Source of the DNA: Azolla caroliniana
Lineage: Eukaryota > Plantae > Polypodiophyta
Assembly (NCBI GenBank): GCA_043228905.1
Contig: JBHGNT010000007.1
Location: forward strand, 7,068,001 to 7,132,000
Reading direction: 5' to 3'
DNA length: 64,000 nucleotides
The position numbers and the translations under genes were made by a program. The notes below the pieces were generated by a model. It ran no database searches. It was not told the DNA's origin and saw only the letters and a list, made by a program, of their open reading frames with translations. The stretch's first letter is position 1; every line of letters starts with the position of its first letter. Positions 54,626 through 64,000 of the stretch are shown piece by piece.

Positions 54626-57620
54626 GGACCATTACTATATAGGTCATACGCTCGCTAAACTATATGGTGCAGTAATGGACGCAGAGCTCAACGATTATAT
54701 GGAAACCTTAAGTCTTTGAGCACCTGAGCAGGTTGGCTTTAGATGAGCCTTCTCCACTATTGACCATATCTTCACACTTAGGTGTTTAATTGACTAGATG
54801 AAGGCGCGCAAGAAAAAATTATATTGTTGCTTTGTGGACTTCCACAAAGCCTTTAATACAATTCCTAGGGAGAGGTTGTTTGATAGATTTAAAATCTTGG
54901 CGATACCAAATGACATGATATGAGTCATTCATGCTCTATATGAACAAGTCTCTGGGTGCATAAGATGCCCATGTGGCCTATCCGATTGCTTCATCAACAC
55001 CATTGGTGTAAAACAAGGTTGCCCCCTTTTTGGGATCTACATTGAAGAGATCACTGATTTTATTGCTCGTAAGGGAGGCAATGGAGTAGCTATTGGGGGT
55101 ACGCAAGTTAGTCTTACTCTACGCAGATGCCATCGTCTTGCTCTCGGAGTCTGAACACGACCTACAAAAGCATCTTAATGCCCTAGATGACTTTTGCACA
55201 CAACAAGGACTGGTAGTGAATCTAGCGAAAACTAAAGTCCTTATCTTTCATACATCGTCCTAAGTTAGGAGTAAATGTCACCTAATCTCTCTCATAAACC
55301 AGTTGAGGTAGTTGGATCATATGTATACTTGGGAGTTACTTTTAGTGCTCGTTCAAGTAAATTCTCGATGACCTAGGCAGCCAAAGATAGGCTAACGAGA
55401 GGTTATGCATCCCTCTCACTCTTAGAGAGACAATGCCACTAGGCATACTTTCAAGAGCCATAGATAAGGGATGGCACTTCGACTCATTAATGACCCCTTC
55501 CCTCATGTATGCATAAGTAATATGGGCTCCAAGTCTACCATCTTTCATGTGGACACAATTGGTGGTGATGTTAGAGACATTTGGTGGCGATGTTATCACG
55601 TCAACTCCAAAGCAAATCCAAAGTACCACATGACATTATTGGAGTAGAGTTCAGTTTGGCCCCGATGTTAGTATAAGCACTTTTCCAAGTGGTAGTTTTT
55701 ATTCATCGGATACATAGCCAACCACAAGATAGGATCTCCCGTCGAGCCTTTGAGGTATCCCGATCCCTATATGTGTCTGGAGACACTAGCTCTTGGTATA
55801 GCATTGTAGTGAGTTGGTTACTTGCAAATGGTATAGACATTAATAACCTACCTCCCCTTAAGTACAACCATGGGACTGATCAAACTTTAATATCTCATGA
55901 GGACCATAATAAAGTAATACGCCAAGAAATATGGCAAATTTACACCCGATATACATGGATCACCCCACGAGAGCCACTCTTATCTAAAATGTTGTACTAT
56001 AAGGAACACTGCTTGCACTTCTCTAAGTTAGGTTTTATTACACGACCAAGATATCTAGATACATTCTTATCAAATGCACTAAGGGTGGCCATTGGACAAC
56101 TTAGGATATCATCGCACCGACTTGAGATTGAGAATGGTCGGGCTAATAGAGTCCCTAGAGAGGAAAGGCTATGTAGATTATGTCACATAGAGATAGAGGA
56201 TGAGTATCACTTTACATGTAAGTGTCTAACCTATGTTGAGATAAGGGCGGAATACCAAGACATATTAGGACCCTCTCCCACCCTCTCCCACCCTCTCCAA
56301 ACTATTAGATACCCCGGATATAAAGAGACTAGGAAGGTATATCTTAGAGCTAAAACAACATAGGGAGAATAAATTACAAAGTGTTAACCATAACCCTTTT
56401 AATATGTTGGGAATATGAGACTGAATCAGGATGATTTAAACTTCAAACACAAATAACAAGTAGATGAAACCACAAGACGAAAAATGAGAGCACACCAAAG
56501 TTTTTTATGTGGAAAACCCAAAATAGGGAAAAACCACAGGAACCGTAGGTTCCGAACAACTTTACTATGATCTGAATACAACGGAATACAACCTCCTTAG
56601 AGGAATGTGTCTACCTCAAGGCAATGGCCTTGGTTACAACCTTCACCCAATCGGGTGTATCGAATAACAAAGATTGCAACTGAGTATAGTCTCTCCAGTT
56701 TGAACTAAAGGAAATGAACTAGCCTCAAGGCAACAACCTTGGCTACTATCTTCACCCGATTGGGTGGATAAGACAACAAAGATTACGACTGAGTATAGTC
56801 TCTCTAGTTTTGAGCTAGAGGAAATGAACTAGTCTCAAGGCAACAACCTTGGCTACTATCGTCACCCTAATGGGTGGACAAGACAACAAAGATTACAACT
56901 GAGTATATTGTCTCTAGTTTTGAACCAAAGGAAATGAACTAGCCTCAAGGCAATAGCCTGGGCTACTATCTTCACCCTATTGGGTGGATACATCAACAAA
57001 AAGTAGAAAATAGAAGGAAAAACAAAGAACGAAGGAACCTGATACGGATTGATAGAAGAGGTACGTCACGAACAGCCCCTCACGGATGTGGGTTCCACTT
57101 GAGTGGATAGACCCAACATAATATTCATCAACATGTAAGTAGTGTAATTTTTCAAGAACAAGGGGAGACGATGAATGTGGATACACTTACGTCACTCGGC
57201 CTCTCTCTTGAGGAAGTAGAAATGCAAAGAACAACCAAACGCCCTCGGATATTGGGCTTCAAAACAACTCGACGTGGAATAGAAACGATTAAGAAGATAA
57301 GGGAATGTGAGCTATGTCGACTAGAAGTTATGGTTGGGGTACCTTCTACATTGGGACCACGGGGGACCACATCCACATCGAAACCCTTTGACCTCTCGCT
57401 TCTTTTCGAGAGACTTGGATGGAAATGAAACTAGGCCTAGTATAAAGTCATTTCATTGTAGAACATATTTGTTATTTTATTAGAACTATTTAGCTTAAGC
57501 TCTATTTTTATTTTATTTTATTTTTACTTTCGATGAATGGGTAAATATCCCATTTTGTTGTAAACCAATTGTTTCATGGGCCAATTTTGGCCTTAGAAGA
57601 CGTTAATATATCTTTCTTTC
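54626..57620 (+). mobile_element. 5'-truncated RTE/RTEX-like LINE, copy 1
   Basis: EQVGFR, CCFVDFHKAF, GVKQGCP, VVNLAKTK, YLGVTF, LRISSHRLEIENGR..REERLCRLC..EDEYHFTCKC; colinear with copy 2. Confidence 0.85.
56405..57118. mobile_element. 714-bp solo LTR with internal ~110-bp tandem repeats, inserted in LINE copy 1
   Basis: TGTTGGG...CCCAACA; TSD TAATA (56400-56404, 57119-57123); empty site in copy 2 at ~61460; CTCAAGGCAA at ~56614, 56724, 56834, 56944. Confidence 0.92.
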
Positions 57621-58430
57621 TACATATTCGTAAGCTTGTTTTCTCATGGGCCAACATGATTTCCCAAACATGGCCACACTCCTCATTTCCTCTAAAACAT
57701 ATCACTACAATTATGCGTGATGACTTAGACAACTATACCTTGTAAATTGACTAAGTACCCATAAGGCTAAGTTCTTATTCGGCTAATGATTATGGGAATA
57801 TAGCACCTCATGTAAGCTTTCTAAATGCAGAGAGTTTTATGATATAGTGTTTGTTCATCTTTATTTTATGTGTTACAAAACATTCCTTCCAACATCTTGG
57901 GAACTTGAATTTAAATGGACAATCAATTGATATGTATATCAACCTTCCCAAACATTGCATCCCAATAATCAATATCTGATTGATGTTTTAACATAATTGA
58001 ACATGTATGCACGGCAAAATTTGGCAATGATGTTGCTTTCCTAGCTAGTATACGCAAGTATAACTTAAGAATGTTCATTCCTCCCCACATGCATGGTGTA
58101 CATTCTTGCAATGGAGCCTCTTAAACTTTTGCACAATCATTTAGAGCACCACGAGTCTCCTGTGATTTTTAAATTCATCTTTTTGACCATTTCTTTTGGG
58201 TCCCTCAATTATAGTAAAGTAACATTGCATGTAATCCATGAATATCGATTGAATTATCCTCAATCTCTTGCTTCTTTCCCTACTACTTTATATTCCAATA
58301 GATAACTAAGCTAGCATGTATAATCATTTAATTTGGATTAACAAATTGTCCTAGCCAAAAAACTGGATGCCAATTGTATATTGTCAGAAGTGAGAGCTTA
58401 GAATGGTTAAAGTTAACATGCAATCCAACA

Positions 58431-59810
58431 TCAAACAACTAATCCATACAAAAATCTTGCGGTCTCATCCATTTCAAAACCATGAATTGTATCATAGCTT
58501 TCTTTATTTGATATTACAGTATCAAAACCCTGAAAACATTCCGAAATTGCAATAATAAGTTCTAAGGAAAATGTATTCCCTGTGTTAGGAGCTCCACCCC
58601 TTTCATACAAAATTTTCTGGCCTCCCTCCCAAAGTTCCTGCATTGGGAATGAAGCATCAGAATCAGCAGTTTCATGGACACCAAAAAAAGGAGGTGAACA
58701 AGAATAAGAAGGAAAAAAAACATGTATCTATGGCCATTTACTGTTTGTATGCATGTTTTTTTTCTTTATGTATATGGCTTCTTGACTGTAAAAGGCAAGA
58801 GCGATTCAGACTGCGATCGAGGCCTAATCCATGCATATAGTTTCCTGAGTCAGAGATCAAGAGTGAAAGCACAAGTGTTCAGCAAATCTACGAATGGAGG
58901 AGGAGCTAAAAGAATGGCTGGTGGTCAAGTTTTACAAGACAAACAAGCGGTAATTTGCTCATCCTCACATTATAGGAATGGAATTTGGTGAGAAATGCCA
59001 AACCAAGCTGGAGCATCATGTTGGTACTACATAAGTTCTTCTAAGGGAACATTTGGTTAACTTCAAATCCACACATCCGCCGACAAAATTCGAGCAGATC
59101 AGTGAGACAATCCGATTCTTGCAGTTAAAACCGTAATCATAGAGAATTGCAAATGTTCAGTTTTCAGCCAGGAATCAAAATAGCAGTAATTACAGAAGAT
59201 CCTGCGAAAACAAAACTACTTATGATTGTTGTGGTTTTCAATCAATACAACAAATCGTACGATCTGTAGAGCGTAGATAAGAGAGTATTCATTGAATTTG
59301 GCATCATGATGACAGAGGTGTTTTTTCTGTAGGTCATACTGTGGTTACAAACATACAGAACGACGAATTCGTAATAACCATAAGAACAAACAGATACAGA
59401 TACAGAAATCTGCATGTCCGAGGGATCATTTCTAGACCAGAATCCATTGGGAGATATCAAGAAACAAAAACCTGGTCTAGTAAGTTCCTCCATGGAAGAG
59501 ATCGATGAAAAGGGGGAAAAAGACAGAATTCCATAAACCGAAAATCTCTCTCTTTTTCACCTTCACATTCACATTCTCCCATCACTTTAGCATCAAATTT
59601 TAACTTCAGTGAGAGCAAGACAGAGGGCTCAGGTGGAAGCTGGTTTTTGATGCACACAGAAGAAATTTAGTTGTTGGTGGTTTTCATTTTTTTTTGATTT
59701 TTTTTGTTGGGGGCAGAGTGAGAGGAGAGGAGAGGAAGAAGAGATCAGCACAGAAAGAAAGAAGAAGTGAAAGAAGAAGAAGAAGAAGAAGAAGAAGAAG
59801 AGAGGAGTGT
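58431..59810 (-). other. Possible small spliced transcript (lncRNA or short ORF)
   Basis: (CTT)n and CT-rich leader at 59715-59805; donor-like CCAG|GTTTTT at ~59472; acceptor-like TGCAG|GAAC at ~58638; no recognisable protein. Confidence 0.3.
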
Positions 59811-60007
59811 ATGATATCTGTTATTGCATTTTAGGGTGGATATTTCCCAGTTATTACAAATTTAGCCCCTCTCTAAAGAGGGTAATTTATCTTCCTCTCT
59901 CTCTCTCTCTTGGGTGAAAACACATAATTATAATTTCTATTAATAAATGTGTGTAAAAAACACTACTTATAATGGGTGTCAGAATGGAGTCTCTTTCTCT
60001 CTCTCTC

Positions 60008-60103
60008 ATGGGTAAATACCCCATTTTTATTGTAAACCAATTGTCTCATGGGCCAATTTTGGCCTTAGAAGATGTTGATATATTTTTCTTTCTTTGTTTC
60101 TTT
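60008..60103 (+). mobile_element. Short 3'-end fragment of the same LINE family
   Basis: Matches 57537-57620 and 61865-61936; followed by TTTC-rich sequence. Confidence 0.85.
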
Positions 60104-60112
60104 CTCATCATT

Positions 60113-61936
60113 GACTCTTTTTGGGAGCTACATTGATGAAATCACTGATTTTATTGCTCGTAAGGGAGGCAACGGAGTAGCCATTGGGGGTATGCAAGTT
60201 AGTCTCTTACTCTACGTAGATGACATCGTCTTGCTCTCAAAGTCTAAACACGACCTACCAAAGCACCTTAATGCCCTAGATGACTTTTGCAAACAACGAG
60301 GATTGGTGGTGAATCTAGCGAAAACTAAATCCCTTATCTTTCATACATCGTCTCGTGTTAGGAGTAAATGTCACCTAATCCTCGCTTATAAACCAGTTGA
60401 GGTAGTTGGATCACACGTATATCTGGGAATCACTTTTAGTGCTCGTTCAGGTAAATTCTCAATGAACCAGGCAACCAAAGATAGGCTAACGAGAGGGTAT
60501 GCATCCCTCTCAATCTTAGAGAGACAATGCCACTAGGCATACTTTCAAGAGCCACGGACTAAGGGATGGCTCTTCGACTCATTAGTGACCCCTTCCCTCA
60601 TGTATGCATCAGTAGCATGGGCTCCAAGTCTACCACCTTTCATGTGGACACAATTAGAGAGACATTTGTGACGATGTTATCACATCAACTCCGAAGCAAA
60701 TCGACAGTACCACATGACATTATTAGAGCAAAGTTCAGTTTGCCCCCGATGTTAGTAGAAACACTTTTCCAAGTGGTACTTTTTATTCATTGGATATATA
60801 GCCAACCATAATATAGGATATCCCGTAGCTTTTGAGGCATCTTCATTCCTATATGTGTCCAAAGACACTAGGTCTTGGTATAACACTGTAGTGAGTTGGT
60901 TGCTTGCAAATGGTATAGACATTAATAACCTACCTCCCCTTAAGTACAATCATGGGTCTGATCACACTTTAATCTCTCATGAAGACCGTAATAAAGTAAT
61001 ACGCCAAGAAATATGGCAAATTTACACCCGATATACATGGATCACCCCACGAGAGCCACTCTCATCTAAAATGTTGTACTATAAGGAACACTTCTTGCAC
61101 TTCTCTAAGTTAGGTTTTATTACACGACCAAAATATCTAGATACATTCTTATCAAATGCACTAAGGGTGGCCATTGGACAACTTAGGATATCATTTCACC
61201 AACTTGAGATTGAGAATGATCGTGCTAATAGAGTTCTTAGAGAGGAAAGGCTATGTAGGTTATGTCACATAGAGATAGAGGATGAGTATCACTTTATATG
61301 CAAGTGTCCAACTTTTACCTAGATAAGGGCGAAATACCAAGACATACTAGGACCCTCTCCAAACTACTAGATACCCCGGATATAAAGAGATTAGGTAGGT
61401 ATATCTTAGAGCTAAAACAACATAGGGAGAATAAATTACAAAGTATTAACCACAACCCGTTTAGTATTCACCAACATGTAACTAATGTAATTTTCCAGGA
61501 ACAAGGGGAGACGATGAATGTGGACACACTTGCACCACTCAGCCTCTCTCTTGATGAAGCATAAATGCAAAGAACAACCAAACACCCTTGGATGTTGGGC
61601 TTCAAAGTTCCTCAGCGTGGAGTAGAAACGATTAAGAAGATAAGGGAACCTTAGCTATGCCGCCTAGAAGCTATGGTTGGGGTACCTTTTACATTGGGAC
61701 CACGGGCCAAATCCACATCGAAACCTTTTGACCTCTCGCTTCTTTTCGAGAGACTTGGATGGAAATGAAACTCGGTCTAGTATAAAGCCACTTCCTTATG
61801 GAACATGTTTTTTTTACTAGAACTGTTTATCTTAAGCTCTATTTTATATTTTTATTTTCGATGAATGGGTAAATACCCCATTTTTGTTGTAAACTAATTG
61901 TCTCATGGGCCAATTTTGGTCTTAGAGGACGTTAAT
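60113..61936 (+). mobile_element. 5'-truncated RTE/RTEX-like LINE, copy 2
   Basis: TLFGSYIDE, LLYVDDIVLL, LCRLCHIEIEDEYHFICKC; highly similar to copy 1. Confidence 0.88.
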
Positions 61937-62669
61937 TTTAATAACGTTAGGCCAACAATGTAGAGCTACGTTAAAGTGAATTGGTTTCCAAGGATTACTC
62001 AAATGTGAGTTGACAACACCCATGTTTGGAGTGTATTCGTCTGGTAAACATTCCAAATGGAGCCCTAGTTATGTAGGGAATCGAGCACACAACACACATG
62101 ATCTGTGTGTGTGTGTGTGGGTGTGGGTGTCTTTGTCGTTGTCTCTCTAATATGGCAAGGTGAACCCTTTCAAGTGTTGTAATACTAGATGAAATTACTC
62201 TACCTCATATTGGGATAATGTCCCAATGCAACATAGTTGCAAAAATTGCTAAATGAACTTCCCTTTCATCCTACGGAGTTGTTGTGTTATCGCAATAAGT
62301 CCATCAAATAATAACCCATATCTCATGGTTCAATTAACCCCCCCCAATACTTAAGGTAGTCAAACACGACTTGATATGATGGCACATGTATAGCTTTATC
62401 ATCATCAATGAAAACCCACTTCAAAGGTGACAAAATACTTCAGGTTATTGATGCCCAAATTTGTGCGATAACCAACCAAATGACATTCACAAATGGGCAT
62501 GTAATGAACCTATATTTGGCATCTTCATCAACCACTGTATTACTAAATTTCGAAGATCTCTCTCTCTCTCTCTTCTCTCTCTCTACCTTGAAACCCTTTG
62601 CCCCTCCCCCCTCTCCTTTTTTAGAAACTTGAATGGAAATAAAACTAGCCGCAACACATAGTCATTTAC

Positions 62670-64000
62670 TGTGAAAGATTATGTGCGGAAGCAATATAGG
62701 AAACTGAACAACAGAAAACACAGGTTTAATGGAAAGCTTAGGTTTGCACAGTATGCACTTGAGAGAAAGAGAGAGAGAGAAAGACAATTCAAAAAACTAA
62801 CACTTTGTACATACATCGTGCTCAGTGAGCACCTTTTATACACACCCTGACAATGGGTTGACACAAGTACTGACAGTACTTGACTGCTCATAAATGAGCC
62901 TTGACTCTTACTCCCAAAACTATTCCTTACGAGGAATATCTCTCTAACGGCCTTTCGGTTTACGCATCGATACGACCTTCCTATGCACCGGTCTGCGTAC
63001 CAGTTTACGCATCCATTTTACGCACCGGTCCGGCCTAGCCGATCCGGTCCCAACCGATCTGGTCCTCGGCTTGCTCAACTGATCCGGCCGATGTTGAGCT
63101 TGTCTTTCAACACTCCCCTCAAGCTCAACTTGAGGCTCTTTGGGATCTTCCTGATCACCGCTCCAGTTCCTCCTGGCTCCACGCCTCGCTCGCGCTCCTC
63201 GGCCTATTCGAGTTTGCGCGCTTCGACCCTTTCGGTCGGCTTGTCTGCTCCCACGGCCCTTCACAGCTCCCTTGCTATCACGATGTTGGCGCATCTCCTA
63301 CTGCCTTCTTCTCCGCTTGGCCCTTGGTTGATTCAGTGTATCCGAATCAAACATCCGAACCGACTCGGCTACCTCCGATCGATTTTCGCTCTCGTCCGAG
63401 TTGGCTGTCTCCAACTCGTCTTCGGTCTTCTTGCGCTTGACGACGTCATCTCCCCCATGCTTGGTTGGCTTCGGCTCATCCGTTCGGTTGCTCCCCTTAT
63501 GTCCGCTTTTGAACTCTGATCCACCCTCTGCTTTTTCAGGCGATCCGAAGTCGAATTCGTCATCCGACCCGGCGTCACGGACTTTTCCGCTCCCTTCCTG
63601 CTCCCTTGCTTGGTCTTTCGAGACTGTTCTCCCCCTCAAGTTTGGCACGTCGAGGTGACGCAACCCAAGCGTACCCGAGAACTGCCGCAACTTGTCTAGA
63701 CCAAGGGGCTTGGTGAAGATGTCGGCGGCTTGCTGATCCGTCGGAACATACTGAAGTTCGACTTCACCAGAAAGGACACGCTCACGGACAAAATGGTAGT
63801 GCACCTCAATGTGCTTGGTCCGTGCATGGAAAACAGGGTTCTCCGCGAGCTGGATGTTGCTAAGGTTGTCGCAGTGGATCGTCGTCGGATTGGACACCTC
63901 CTCTTGCAGGTCCTTAAGTAGCTGCTTCAACCATATGGCTTCGCATGTCGCGACAGCCGCTCCTCGGTACTTAGCTTCGGTGCTCGACAGTGCAACTGTC
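62670..64000 (-). mobile_element. Ty1/Copia 3' part (RNase H, extension, PPT, 3' LTR 62670-63112), related to 21890-42546
   Basis: IHCDNLS, FHARTKHIEVHYHFVRE, ADIFTKPL; PPT 63113-63120; LTR start homologous to 21890 and 42115. Confidence 0.92.

Noticed and set aside
54116-54647. ORFs with FCILYFV and KYKIQNT repeats
   Set aside because: Translations of the (TATTTTG)n array.
58920-58970. Possible C/D snoRNA (AATTACCGC antisense to 18S rRNA) or TAS3-like motif
   Set aside because: Only 9 nt of complementarity, no proper D box, and poor miR390/tasiARF matches.

Overview
Eukaryotic land-plant genomic DNA, most consistent with a fern or other non-seed plant (inference from the TE lineages and spliced genes). 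About 80% is transposable element. Bases 1-45 kb are a cluster of nested LTR retrotransposons whose insertion order can be read from LTR pairs and target-site duplications (TSDs). It holds several Ty1/Copia elements, a self-priming chromodomain Ty3/Gypsy element, and a GC-rich fungal-like Gypsy element with a tRNA-Trp PBS, 4-bp CG-centred TSDs and a candidate -1 frameshift pseudoknot. Bases 45-60 kb form a gene island: an intact 14-exon plastid-targeted GAPDH (GAPCp, +), an intact two-exon ankyrin-repeat gene (-) with a probable U12-type intron, a possible small spliced transcript, and RTE/RTEX-like LINE copies. The window ends in another Copia element. Best leads: the frameshift signal, a covarying stem-loop around the PPT/LTR junction of several Copia families, tandem decoy U12 acceptors, a telomere-repeat filler at a deletion, and a young Copia element lacking RT. 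All coordinates were counted by hand and no database searches were run.
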